Source of the DNA: Bugula neritina
Lineage: Eukaryota > Animalia > Bryozoa
Direction of reading: 5' to 3'
Length of the DNA: 64,000 nucleotides
Assembly: GCA_964035545.1 (NCBI GenBank)
Contig: OZ037773.1
Coordinates: 10,073,751 to 10,137,750, forward strand
Numbering within the stretch: position 1 is the first letter of the stretch; the number at the start of each line of letters is the position of its first letter. The position numbers and the translations under genes are program-made. The notes below the pieces were generated by a model. It worked only from the letters and a program-made list of their open reading frames with translations. It was not told the DNA's origin and did not search any database. Below are positions 13,920 to 28,664 of the stretch, in pieces.

Positions 13920-15419
13920 TTATGTTGAATACTCGCAAGCAGTGAGATAGTTTTCAAAACAGTAGATGTCATGCCACTTATGGTCCTCCCAGTGTGCCAA
14001 GCAGTCTTCACCATGAGATCCAACGGGCTGCCCACGCTTCCAATCACCAACCACAATAGGATCTTTAACTCTGCCAACCCATTTCCAAATTCCATCTACC
14101 TTTGAGCCACCTATATGAACGGCGATCCCTCTAAAGCCATTCCAAGCTTAAAGCAATCAAATAAACAAAGTACAAACAGAAGCTGCTTACACAAGCTGCA
14201 TGTAATATTGTCATATCTATGGAATAAATGTGGTGACAGCAGATTTCTGATGAAATCATGCGGAAACAATTTCATCAGCATGACTGCTTCAATCAGAGAC
14301 ATTGTTAATGATATGCATATGAACTTTATTCAGCTAAGAAAAACATTTTTTTTCTGTTCAAATTACTTTAACTGTATGCAATTAAATAAACCTGTAAGTT
14401 TTAGGTAAATGCAAAAATATTTGTAAATAATAATTGTGCTTTTCACAAACCCATCTTTGTTTATTGTCTACAATTGCAAATTTTCTTTTATGACTTTAAA
14501 CTTTTCTCTAGAAGTAATTTGCAATCTTTAAAATTTGGCTATAGAACCATAGTTTCTATAATTGATACTCAATTGGTGCCTAGCATATTTAGTTGAAAAA
14601 GTCACTGGAAAAGTTACTAATATAAGTATAAACATTAAATATCACCTGTTTAGCATTACATTGTAGCAATTAAATATTTGCGTTTTTTGTTACAACTCGC
14701 AATGTATTTTCATACACCAATTTAATGCTATATATAAGTTGTTTTATTATTTACATTATACATTGTAAAACGCTAAGATAATTGAAAGAAGTAAAAACTA
14801 ATGAGGGTATTATATTTAGCTATATCACCTTTTACCATGTTGACAATATATGTTTATATAGATCTATATTATTAGGAAAAATATTATCATTGTATTATTG
14901 TAATTAGGGAGCTATGAAATATTCCTTACCTGCATGAGTCTCTCTCATACTATTGAACCAGAATATCTCGTCCCCTGTCTCAAAGACTAGCATGGTCTCC
15001 CCAGCTGCCTCACACCACTGTTTGGCTCGGTTCCATGTTTGCTTTATGTTTACTATTCTTACGCAAGTAGTAGAGAAGGGGTTGTAAAGGTACCCAGGCT
15101 TGCACTCAACTCTAGGTGCTAATAAATAAACAAAACAAATACTTAAATTCTTATTTTTTGAAAGAAAAACATAGAATTTAAGCTCCACTTTGTCAATTTT
15201 GTTACAGAGATAATAGATATTATTCTGAGAATAGAATCATTCACACTGAAATTGCTAGTTTTGTATAAATAGTCAACACAAATAACACAATTGATCTAAA
15301 AGTATGCACAATTTATATGTGAGACATATTACTGTAGGATACTTACAACACTGCTGACTAGCTAAACAATAGTCAGCCAACAGGACAAGCAGCAGTGAGA
15401 TGAGATGAGCAGATTTTAT
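13920..15419 (-). pseudogene. C-type lectin CTL3 (QPV...WHD); frame intact but start codon ATG changed to ATA
   Basis: Exons 15419-15347, 15118-14930, 14146-13920 (..WKRGQPVGSHGEDCLAHWEDHKWHDIYCFENYLTACEYST*). The position of the paralog ATG reads ATA (15419-15417). The upstream in-frame ATG at 15473 is closed by TAG at 15455-15453. Confidence 0.75.
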
Positions 15420-18360
15420 ATCACAACCAGTTATTGAGAAGCAAAAACTAAACTAGCAATTCCTGATGTTCATGAGACAAGCTATTAATATGCACCTCTT
15501 TAGCTGGCCACGATTTGCGCTGATTGAGGTGCATATAATGTGAGACTAACTTACTTTGTGTGAATGCAGCTTTAGAACTTATAATTGTGTGAAATGCCAT
15601 TATGATTATTTCAATTGATAAATCTAAATGATGCCATGCATTATGTAATGTAATACTTATACAATTCAAACATCACAACTTGAAACAGAGCAATTCTATG
15701 CATGGTCCATTATTTGAATTAACAAATTAAAACTGATGAGTTGGTCAGATGCACTGAGAAATGCTGATATAATGTGTAATAATAGAATTGCCATAAACAC
15801 ATTACTAGATTGACATAAGAGTATTTATAGAGAAATAAAAGGTAGATAGTCACAAGATAAGTAAAAGATGAACACTGTAAGCATAAACCTTCTGTAGAAA
15901 TCCCATCACAGCTTGCTGTCAGTTGACTGGCAGCTAGATATAGGCATGTAAATATCTTCCACTACATGAAGTGCTATTATTTATATTATGTAGACAGCTA
16001 AGATTATAATATGTAACAACTGTGTGGAAGTTTACAAAAGAAATGCTGCAGTAGAAAATCAAATACCATCATTCTTTTATTAGTTTTTGTTACTATCTCC
16101 TATAATATAAGAGAGCATGTTTATTGTGGATTGTCCCTTATATATATTCACTGTGTTTATTAATGAATCTTTATTGTGCATTAGTGTTATATATGATACC
16201 GACTGTAACCTTGAATGCTACTATAAACAGTTAGTGTATTCAGTATAATATTCAATATATTCAATATATCTAGTATATTTATTAATTCATTATACATTCA
16301 ATATATTCAGTAGAAACTATAGCTAGATGACATGTCACCTTTACCATTGAATTCCAATTAAACTTGTTTTTGATTTAGCATAAATCACAGTTTTTTATTT
16401 TAAGTAATCTAAGATCCAAGGATTGTGTAACTTAAGCTCTAGCTTTACAAATTTTGAGAAAAGAGCTTTACTTACTATTAGAGAGCCTCCAACATAAATT
16501 GATAAACAATATTTGAGAATCAATTATAATAACCTGCTTGATGTTGTTAATTAGTAAAAACAAGACGTTGTGTTTTTACATTTTTGAGTTTATTAGAATA
16601 ACTGAATATTCTTCGTTAAATTGCAATTGCTGAAGTTACACCATAAAACTTATACTTGGGAGCAACTACAGTAATAAGTCATAAAAGGCCAGTTTGATTT
16701 ACAGTTTCTGAAATATTATAGTCTTATATAGAGTAACTTCAGTTGATATAGGATACTTTGAATTCTGTCAGTTTACACTGAATACTCGCAAGCAGTGAGT
16801 AAGCTATCAGTACAGTAGATGTCATGCCACTTATGGTCTGTAAAGTGTGCCAAGCAGTCTTCACCACGAGATCCATGGGGCTCCCCGAGCTTCCAATCAC
16901 CAACCACAATAGGATCTCCAACTCTGCCAACCCATTTCCAAACTCCATTTACCTTTGAACCACCTAGATGAACGGCGACCCTTCTAAAGCCATTCCATGC
17001 TGAAAAAAATCAAATAAACAGAGTATCTACAAACAGAAGCTCCCTACACAAGTTGCATATAATATTGTTAGAGATAAAATAAATGCGATTAAAGCATATT
17101 TCTGATGAAATTGTGCAGAAACAATTTTATCAGCATGACTGGTTCAATCAGAGATATCTTTTAGCTTTAATGATATAATATATTAACTTTATATAACTAA
17201 GAAAAACATACTTTTCTCTGTTTAAATTACTTTAACTGTATGCAATCAAATAAACCTGTAAGTTTTAATTAAATGCAAAAATATTTGTAAATAATAATTG
17301 TGCTTTTTACAAACCAATCTTTTTTATTGTCTAATTGCAATTGTTTTATGACTTTAAACTCCTCTCTAGAAGTATTTAGTAAAGTTTAGCTGTAGGACCA
17401 TAGTTTCTAGTTAATACTCAACTGGTGTCTAGCATATTTAGTTGAAAAAGTCACTGGAAAAGTTACTAATATAAGCATAAACATTAAATATCACCTGTTT
17501 AGCATTACACTGTAGCAATTAAATATTTGTGTTTTTTGTTACAACTCGCAATGTATTTTCATACACCAATTTCATGCTATATATAAGTTGTTTTATTATT
17601 TACATACATTTTAAAACTATAAGATAATTGAAAGAAGTAAAAACTCATGAGGGTATTATATTTAGCTATATATCACCTTTTACCATGTTGACAATATATG
17701 CTTATATAGATCTATATTATTAGAAAAAAATATTATCATTGTATTACTGTAATTAGGGAGCTATGAAATATTCCTCACCAGCATGAGTCTCTCTCATACT
17801 ATTGAACCAGAATATCTCGTCCCCTGTCTCAAAGACTAGCATGGTCTCCCCAGCTGCCTCACACCACTGTTTGGCTCGGTTCCATGTTTGCTTTATGTTT
17901 ACTATTCTTACGCAAGTAGTAGAGAAGTGGTTGTAAAGGTACCCAGGCTTGCATTCAACTCTTGGTGCTAAAATAGAACAAGAACAAATACTTAAATTCT
18001 AATTTTTTGAAAGAAAAACATAGAATTTAAGCTTCACTTTGTCAATTTTGTTACAGAGATAATAGATATTATTCTGAGAATAGAATCATTCACACTGGAA
18101 TTGCTAGTTTTGTATAAATAGTCAACACAAATAACACAATTGGTCTAAAAGTATGCACAATTATGTGAGACATATTGCTGTAGGATACTTACAACACTGC
18201 TGACTAGCTAAACAATAGTCAGCAAACAGGACAAGCAGCAGAGAGATAAGATGAGCAGACTTCATGTCACAACCGAGTTATTGAGAGACCAAAACTAAAC
18301 TAACAATTCCTGATGTTCATGAGACAAGCTATTAATATGCACCTCTTTATAGATGGTCAC
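14160..18360 (+). repeat. Tandem duplication units of CTL3 and CTL4 (about 14160-15510 vs 17010-18360)
   Basis: Intron 2, exon 2, intron 1 and exon 1 are colinear and near-identical. Confidence 0.88.
16773..18265 (-). CDS. Secreted C-type lectin CTL4 (EPH...WHD), about 162 aa
   Basis: Exons 18265-18193, 17967-17779, 16999-16773 (..WKLGEPHGSRGEDCLAHFTDHKWHDIYCTDSLLTACEYSV*). Confidence 0.92.
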
Positions 18361-19790
18361 GGAACTTCCTTGATTACTTGTATTGATAAAACTTACTTGA
18401 CATCGATTTGATTTCATAGAAGTTGCAACAATAAATTTGCTTAACTTTTTTTCGGCAACTCTCCAGTTAACTTTAAGGTATACTTTGATACAAAAAATTT
18501 GACATGAAAAAACATAGTTAAATTAAATTTATATAATACATATAATATACATGTATGTATATATAATTTTTCTATTGAGAAGGTGTAGACTGTGGAACCT
18601 TGTCAGTTGATGAGGAGGGGAGAGACCCTAAAACAGCAGCTTTGCACTGATTGAGATGCATGTAATGTGAGACTAACATACATTTGTATGAATGCAACTT
18701 TAGGACTTGTGATTGTTTGGAATGCCATTATATGATTCTTATATTAACTTCAATAGAGAAATCTAAATGTAAATGTAATGTGATACTTATACAATTCGAA
18801 GATCACAATTTAAAAGAGATAAATTATATGCATGGCAATTTTTATTATTTGAATTAACAAGTTAAAGCTTTAAAGTATTTATCAGATGCACTAAGAAAGG
18901 TTGAAAGAAGATGTAATAATATAATTGCCATTTAAACAGATTACCAGATTGAATAATGAGTATCAAGCAAAACTATGCCAATTACAAAATAAGTTTAGTG
19001 AGTGTAAACCTGCTGTGTTAAATCTCATCACAGCTTGCTGTTTGTGGACTGGCAGCTAGATAATATAGGCATTGCAAATATTATCTTCAACTACATGACG
19101 TACTGCAGTGAGCATGTCTATTTTGATAACACCACTACACATTTGAGTTCGTGGTGAAGCTATAAACTTGATTATCTTTCTATAAAATATGAGGCTATTT
19201 TAGTTACAAATAGCCCATGCAAAGCTATATTGTTTTGTATACCATATTATTAGGCTGTACATCACTCAACTCCTTCAAGTTTCCAAACTGAACTCTTTAA
19301 CTTCATGAATGTAATTTTCGATTAACTTCAGACTATAATATGAATATGAATAATGCAAACTTTTCTGCTTTCAAATCTTAATTTATGGTGTACAACTGTT
19401 TATTTCCAAACTCATTTACTTTAATTATTATAGAGCCTATAATTTCATGCTAAAGTATCATGTAGTATAAGTATGACATTATTCATGTGTATTGTAGTGT
19501 GTAGGCAACAACAAATAACAGCTACATGACACAAAAAATATATTGCAAGTAAAAATAAAAGAATATGATTTATTTATATTAGTTAGAGTTTTAGAAGTCT
19601 TTTGTTACAATGTGCCAAAAGAGAAATTGTTTACTGTAGGTATTCACTATGCATTATGTAATTGTATTCATTATATATATGTTATAGTGGGCATTAGTGT
19701 ATCTGGTATCACATTCCAAATGTCTTTCAAATTTGTTTTTTATAAAACATAAAATTATATGTTAAGCATTCTATAGATATTTAATAGTTG

Positions 19791-20019
<229 letters not shown>

Positions 20020-20160
20020 ACAAGCTGTAGCTTTAAACTTGGCTGATAAAAATAGTCCGTGCTAATGTAGCTTACAATACATAAACATGCTATATTTAAG
20101 AAAACATGAATCAACAAAACTTTCAGGTGTAATAAGATATTTCTATGGAAGAATTCTAAC

Positions 20161-21008
20161 TTAAGTTAAATACTCGCAAGCAGTAAGTAAATTATACTTT
20201 GTGTCATCACAATGAACGTCATGCCACTTATGGTCTGTCCAGTGAGCCAAACAGTCTTGATGACTAAAATCTGGCTGCCCGCGCTGCCAGTCAGCTACCA
20301 CAAGAGGATCTTTATTTCTGCCAAACCATCTCCAAACCCCAGCTATTTCCAAGCCACCAAGATGAACGGCGATCCCTTTATAACCTTTCCATGCTGAATG
20401 CAATTAAATGAGTATTTAAAAACTAGAGATTACGATCATTGAATAATTAATTAGGAAAAATACTACACAGGGGTATTATTGTAATTAGGAAGTTATGAAA
20501 TATTCCTCACCAGCATGACTCTCTCTCATATTATTAAACCAGAATATCTCATCCCCTGTCTCAAAGACTAGCATGGTCTCCCCAGCTGCCTCACACCACT
20601 GTTTAGCTTTGGTCCATGTTTGTTTTATGTTTACTATTCTCACACAAGTAGTAGAGAAGGGGTTGTAAAGGTACCCAGACTTGCATCCAACTCTTGGTGC
20701 TAAAATAGAACAAGAACAAACAACTTCAAATCAAGCTTTTTGAAAGAAAAACATGGAATTAAAGCTCAGTTTTGTCAAGGTTAAGTTACATATAAATATA
20801 GGTACAATTTTGAAGATATAGAATAATTCACACTAAAATTGTTAGTTTCTATAATGAATAGTTGACACAAATAACAGAATTGATCTAAAAATATGCACAA
20901 TTTATATGTAAGACATATTGCTGCAGGATACTTACAACACTGCTGACTAGCTAAACAATAGTCAGCAAACACGACAAGCAGCAGAGAGATAAGATGAGCA
21001 GACTTCAT
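20161..21008 (-). CDS. Secreted C-type lectin CTL5 (QPD...WHD), about 164 aa
   Basis: Exons 21008-20936, 20699-20511, 20393-20161 (..[42 protein letters not shown]). Intron 2 is only 117 bp. Confidence 0.92.
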
Positions 21009-21683
21009 GTCACAACCAAGTTATTGAGAGACCAAAACTAAACTAACAATTCCTGATGTTCATAAGACAAGCTATTAATATGCACCTCTTTAGCTGGTCA
21101 CGGAACTTCCTTGATTACTTGTATGGATAAAACTTATTCGGACATCTCCTTGAGTTTATGTGATATTCAATAACATATTTGCTTAACTTCTATTTAGGCA
21201 ATTCTATGATTATTTCAATTTTACATTTCAATATAAAAGAATTGACACTGGAGAAGAATTATAGAGTTAAATGTTGAGTTATTCTCCATGAGACAGGTTA
21301 CTTATATAACGTCTATTTAGTAAGGGAGACAACTTCATTTATAATCTGCTGTGCAGTTTTATACTGATAAATTGATGAACTTACCTGATGCATCCAATAA
21401 TATTATGCATTATATTATTTTCTAGATTGATGAAGCAATGTGAAAGTTGCCTCAAATCAAAAAAGAACTTTTTCTTTAAACAACTCATTATGACATATAT
21501 TATCTTGAGCATAAAATAGGTTGCAAGTAGAAAATATTATCAGTTTGTAAAGTATTACAAATTCTAGTCAACAATTTGATGTAAACGTTTATTTGCACCT
21601 CTCTGCTTATAAAGCATCTCAGATATAGTATTTGACCTACAAATAATGCAGCAGAAATAATATTATATATATATAAGTAGTAA

Positions 21684-21885
21684 GGGTCTAGGGGTTGAAG
21701 GTTTGCCTAGTAAGCACGGAGTCATGGGTTCGAGCCCGGACAAAGGCCATTGGTGATGTTAGAAAGAGCATCCAGTCACAATTGCTCCTGTGTCTCATTT
21801 AAATAATTACCTAGCTTTAACAAAAGCTCTTTTTATCAGGGGTTTCTCACATGAATGATGACTATATATAAACTTGCGTGAGTTT
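21684..21885 (+). mobile_element. tRNA-derived SINE, same family, slightly 5'-truncated
   Basis: Reverse-complement match to 2314-2525, with B box GGTTCGAGCCC at about 21727-21737. Confidence 0.88.
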
Positions 21886-22741
21886 TATAAGTATAGTAAT
21901 TTTTTATTATAACTGCATTGGGTATAGACAAAACATAATTAACAGTTATTACCATGTAAGAAAATGTTGTCTTTAATTTGTGATTACAGTGAAGTAAACT
22001 ATATCTTTTTGCTAACTATAATTGAAAGTTATTAGAAAACTTATGCTTGCTTGTTTTTAATTACCATGTCTATAAAGACATAGCCTTATAAGTTTGTTAT
22101 TAGCTAAATTTTCTTTCAACTTGGTTTGGAGAATTTTGAAACAACAATGAAGAAATTCTGGCTAAATGCTACTGTTATATGTACATGTACATTGCAAGTA
22201 AGAAATTTTTTAGACAAAATATCATGGTAAGCAAATGTGGTGTTTTATGTTTGCATTAGCTATAATAGAGCTCTTACTAAACAATAACAGCCTGCAGCTT
22301 TTTATGATACAAAGAGGTTTTTTCACTATCCTTTTGTTACACGCAGAATAAGAATCAATGCTTCACACATCAACTAAGGTCTTGCAAGTTTTCATACTAT
22401 CATATAGGGGCATGATGTAATTATTATTCTTTGGCAAATAATTAAGTTGACAGTTTTATAATGAATGATCCATATTGAGAGAAATTAAATGCTTGCACTT
22501 GCACGGTTGTTATTTTTATTAATTAGACAACGACAACTTTAATATATGTTTGCACGATGAGGGTTTTTATTTACTGAAAATTCAAATAACTTGAAGACTA
22601 TTTATATTTATATCTCAGAAGAAAGTATCAATAAAATTAATAAAAATTTAGAACTGACAAGATGAAAACTATATTTTAATTATTCAAAAAAATAATGTAT
22701 TCAAAATAAGGAGAGCTTAACGTAAAAGATGAATAGCTGCT

Positions 22742-24855
22742 TTAATAGTAATGAACTCTAGGGTAATAACATTTGTGTGTGTTACATCTTCGTTTTCTGT
22801 AGCTGCTGCCAGTGCAGTGGTTTACTGTGCCGCTGTGATGACCATAAATATTCTTAGTCATGCAGGTTCTGTATCTTCTCTGTCCTCCACCACCACATGG
22901 CGCACTACATGCTCCCCACTCTCCCCACGGAGTCCATACTTTCTTTACTGCAAGTACACATAGTTACTGTACAAAGTACACTCTTCAAAAATCAATTGTT
23001 TGTGGTTTTATTGTCTTAGGTTTTAGTCGCCATATAATTGAACCGCATATTGATTCTCTTAAAGCCAGTTTTAACCAAATATTTGCAAATTAGGTCACCT
23101 TTTTTTATCAATTTAACAATGCATCTAATATTATGAGAACTATGTCTCTTAAATATAACTAATCAGAAGTTGAGCTTTTTGTAGAAATGATCATCTTTAC
23201 TTATTCAAGTGCAGCAATGAAGAAAGTGCTATGCTATACAATTCTATACTACTGTATTATTTACGTACGAATGCAATCATTTCTTAATTTTAATTCAACT
23301 ATTATATTCTGTGCATGAATGACTTTAAAGCTTGCGACAAAAATATTTTAAAGCGTAATAATGTTATTGAAAGCCGAAAATGTTTTCTCATATAGAAAAC
23401 AAGTTTTAAGCTTAACTATTATATTGCCATATGTTCTGTACTTTGACTATTGGCAAAAAAAGAATTCCTGATGTTAAAAAGGAATTTGAAATGAAAGAGT
23501 TTGTGAAACTCACCGATTCGATGATGCAATCCCTGACCTGGCTGCCAGGGTGTGTAGCTGGTAGCTGGCACACCTGAAATAAGACAGAATAATAAATTAA
23601 TCACACTGTATCCACATTTTCCATTACTATTGAAATACCAACTAAGGATATATATTAGACAGAAAATGCAATTAATGGAATAAGAAAAAAGAACAAGTTT
23701 TGTTTTATTTAGTTAAAAATATAAAATCATGCTACCACAAACTAAAATTTTGAAAAATATATATATGAAGTTCAATGAGACTCAAATACTTTGTCTGTAG
23801 CGGATATAGAACTTGAAAAAGTGATAAAAAATTAAGAAAATCACCACCTAATATATATATAAATAATAATAATATATATATAATAATAAACTGCAAGAAA
23901 TGGTATTTTAAACATCTTAATATTTTCATAAAATCTTAACTTACATAAAATAGCTGCCAGTCCAAGAAAGATCAACAGTCTGCAATCTGAAACAAAAGAG
24001 ATAAAAATTGCGAAAACATATAAAAGTTTATGTGACAAAATAGAAAGGTGTTGTGGTTTCCCAGTAAAGAGGAACACAGAAATTATCAGATTTTTAATGA
24101 TTAGCTGATTTAAAATTTGACTTTACTCAAACAATTATGATGCCTGAAGACTCATATTAAAAACATTTCAATTCTGAATTTTTTTTATTGAATAACAAAT
24201 AAAACCTACTCAATATTATACATTATAATTATAGTAAAGTATAGCTTGTAATATTTTCAGAGCAAAAAATATCGGCCAGTGCAAAAAAGTAGTATATTAT
24301 TGTTAAAATGATAAAATCCTCATAAGTATAAATTATTTAGTATTAATTTAAAATGAGAATGACTATTATGATGCTATAATTTTTATTTGATACTCATGTG
24401 TGTTTAAAATACAACATTCAAGATGTGTATTTAAGATTATATCCAAATTTCGGTCATATGTTTCTATTTCATCAAGTTTTTTGATCAAAATTAGGAAATA
24501 AAATCTGTAACGAACTTTAAGTTATAAAACTGTTTGGTGCAAATTAAATTTAGCTTTATTCTTGCTTTAACTCAAACTTATGCACTAGTTATTTCTAACT
24601 TATTGTATTTCAAATTAGAAAACTGGAAAATTTTTGAGACAAAATATATAAAATGTGAATGTAGTTTAAAAATAACGAGTGAAATAAAATAATAATACTA
24701 TATTTTCAAAAGACATCTTACATTAAATGAGCTGAGCAATGCAATGGTTTGTTGCTGAAATATGTTGCTGGGTTGATAAGCCTATAGAGGTGTTTATAAT
24801 TAGATAAGCTTTTGTAAAAGTTTATGATAATAATGTGAAAGATAGACTCACCCAT
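22742..24855 (-). CDS. Small secreted single-TSR (thrombospondin type-1 repeat) protein, subfamily A copy A0, about 103 aa
   Basis: Exons 24855-24852 (ATG+G), 23986-23945 (DCRLLIFLGLAAIL), 23573-23514 (CVPATSYTPWQPGQGLHHRI), 22947-22742 (VKKVWTPWGEWGACSAPCGGGGQRRYRTC..HC..RRCNTHKCYYPRVHYY*). TATA at about 24910-24920. Confidence 0.85.
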
Positions 24856-27784
24856 GTTTTTGCTTCAGTAAAGAGTTATTCAGTTTGATAAATCAATGTT
24901 TTCTCTCACTTATATATATAGCCAAGTCTTTTAAAAAACAGGACATTTCTAACTTGTCATCAATCACTGTGTTTAGATCAGTAGCAGAATATGCTAATAA
25001 CTTTCAGTTAAAATAACTTATTAATATGTCTGCAGGAATACAGTAACAGCTAAATGCAGACTCAACTACCCATATCAATTTTAGAAACATGCATATATTT
25101 CATTTATCATATTTCGTTCCAGGTGTCAATTCTTGTTGGCACTCTATACAACCCAGTTCAAAGTATGTGATCGCATAGTTTGGATTCCACATCACACTGT
25201 TTTATAGTCTGCAATCAAATGAATGTCACAAATCTAAATTTTAAAAGTATTTATGTTTTAAACAAAATATTATGGTAATAAAACAATTAATTACTCTCAG
25301 TTTACTGCAGTAATGTTATTCAACACTAAATATCGTGAATTATAATAACGAAGCTTTTCTCTTTGCAAATAATTTACTCAAAAGCTGATTGTTTGATGAA
25401 AGTAATTTAGATTAAGAATGTAATGGGCAACTTATAACTGACGTTGCATGGATATCAAGTACCAAATCATTTGTAAAGCAAACAATAGAATATAGGGAAA
25501 TGTAAGTATATATAACATATTTTATGTCACTTTTTTCACAGATGAATTATCTATTCTTATCCCCTTCCTTTCAATAGCAAGTAATTTTAAAGTTTCATTA
25601 AGTTTTTCAGCCTTTATATAAACATATAATGCTATATTGCTTATTATTCTTTCCTCTAGTGAAAAATAGGATAAACAATTGACTATAAGATTAGTGCGAC
25701 TCCAAAATAACATTGCTTTGAAATAAAGAGTCATGTTGATAAATAATAGCATAATTATGTTAGTAAGAATTATTGGCATAAACGGCTTTTCTCTGTTGAT
25801 CATTTCACACTTCAAAGTAAACATCAGCTCGTATTAATTACTGCTACTCAGAAACGCTTTAATCAAATTTCGGATGATGCCTTTGCTATAAACGAGCAAC
25901 GGTTCAAAACATCTTGACAAGCCCATTCATGCTTATAACAAAACTGATTGATTTCAATGAATGGAAGGAACATTTCCTAATTAGTATATTTTTTATGTTT
26001 TAAAGGGAAGGCAACCTTGAGGTTAATTATTCTAACACTGAATTCCGGTCAATATATACTAATATGTGAAATTCAGGAGATTATTGAGTTCCAGTCAATC
26101 AGGTGATGAGGAAACTAGTTCAAGTGTACAATAGCCTAGAAATGTCACGTGTGTCAAAATACAATAAAAACCGGCACAATTAACTTTGATTCATTACAAA
26201 TGTTTCCATGTGTCAATTCCTTTTGTCATTTTACTGACCTATTTAGGGCAAGCTCTTTCACTCTTCAAATTTATCACAAAACTACTTGAATATGGATATA
26301 GCAAGAAGTATAGCCACTAAACTATATATTATGATCAAAAAGTGACTATAGAAATGGCACTTCCTCATGGTATATGTATGTATACTAAAATAAAACCACA
26401 CGAAATATTTACATATTAAAACCTATAGTAAGATGTGCAATGTACAACTAAGACCATATGCCTATAATCTTTATATATTTAATATTCAGTAGAAATTTGT
26501 GAATCACAGTTCCATGTCTGTTGCAGTGTGATTCACTTTCAAGCGCACAACACTATGAAAATTTATTTAATTCAAATTATAACCACCGTGCTGTCATGGA
26601 GCTGTTCAGACGGGATGTTTTATATGATTATCTGTTCATTTTGACTACTTCATGCAATGAAAGGTATTGATTAAAGAAACAATATCTTGGTACAATTATT
26701 AAGTATAATATTTTAATTACAGACAAAACAAATCAAGTTTTGTAGTTTGCACTCTATTAATTAATTTTTGTGTCAACCAGGAATATTCAATAACTTCCAT
26801 GATCAAGTTAATTACCATTGCTATATCAGGTTAGTTTCTTGTTCCAGTTTGGCATGGATATAAACTTCTCAAGGCATAATATTATGAAAATGTACCCATA
26901 ATTCCAGTGTCCATATACAAATTCTTACTTTAAATCTGCCAATAATATCACACAAATTATATGACTTGCAACTTTTGTTTTAATTATGTGGCCACTACAA
27001 CATGAAATCGTATGTTGCTAGGTGTATATGCAGTAACTACGAAAATAAACCCAATAGCACAAGTTACAGTAATACCTGCCAAGTTTCAACAGAAATCTAT
27101 ATGTACTAGCATAATTCTGTAAATTCTTAATATTTAAAAGAAGAAAGACTTACTATAACCAATAGACTACTTGAAAAAAAATTATAAGCTCCACAAAGCA
27201 TACCTAACTTTAAATTTGAAAGTTAAACCATAAAATGATATAAAATGCACATTATTGAGTTTTCATGCACGTAGATAAACGTAGATAAATTGAATGCCTG
27301 ATTACGAGTTGCATGGGCGTTACAAAAATAAATGAGAAAGCAAAAACTTCACCAGAGTATAAGTAAATTACTAGCGAATGTTGTCTTTTTTCTCCTTTTC
27401 TCAATTGTGGTATATTGATCATTAAGATGCTCTAGCTAGAAACTAGTGGAATCAATCACTTGTGGTTAGGAAAAGTATCTATATGTCAAATGCAATTTGA
27501 ATTTTTGAAAACTCATGTGCTGCTATTTTGATAAACATTTTCTACGGTTGGGTAGGTGTTTTATAAGTCTAAGTCAATCTTTTTTGTCTATAGATTTCAC
27601 TCATATTAAATAATATTTATGTTCCAAAGTTGGCAATTGCTAACATTCTATTACTCAGCACATTTTCTAAATGTTGGCATAGACTTTTATTGTCTTATAA
27701 TTGTGAATATCCATGAGAAAATTTGTACACTTCTATGACCTAAATTAACTTCAGATAAACCTCAAACTTTCAAATCAGCAGCGT

Positions 27785-28061
<277 letters not shown>

Positions 28062-28664
28062 ACTGTATATAACTGCATATTATTTAATAGAAACTAAAAT
28101 TGGGAGTTAAAAACACGCAGTAGTATTACCATGCAGAGACTACTAGTTATCGCCAAGAATTTGCATGTTAGGTAAAATCAAATAGCTTTCATGATTTCAA
28201 AAGAAACCTTTGATTTTCAGAAAGATTATAAATATTTGTATAGCTTAGAAGAAACTTTACAAGTTGTTTTCTGTGCTGCTATATGTATATTACTGTATGA
28301 TATTGTTATAATATTATGTTAGTTATGTTACCAAAAGAAACATTTAATATGTTTTATTATATATGCTATTTATTTGAAAAACAAGTAAATTATACCTTCT
28401 AAAAAATAATTAAACAGCAAGACATGTTTTTGAAAGAATTAAACAAGCATAAATTATAAAAAAATCCACTATGGTATTGTTGAATTGCTAAACATACTCT
28501 AGTTAAAATTAAGGAAAGCTGATATTCATTGTGTTATCTTAATTATAATGCAATAATATATTCATTTCAGTTGCATCAAGATCACAAGGCAAATGGTAGA
28601 CCACAGTTTCATAGTTGGTTTTGTGACAACTAAATGGCAGCTATATACTAAATTGAACTTCCAA

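Noticed and set aside
9580-16948. ORFs such as MFGNGLAELKILLW and MEFGNGLAEL
   Set aside because: They are alternative frames of lectin exon 3. The antisense ORFs over the TSR exons are likewise shadows.
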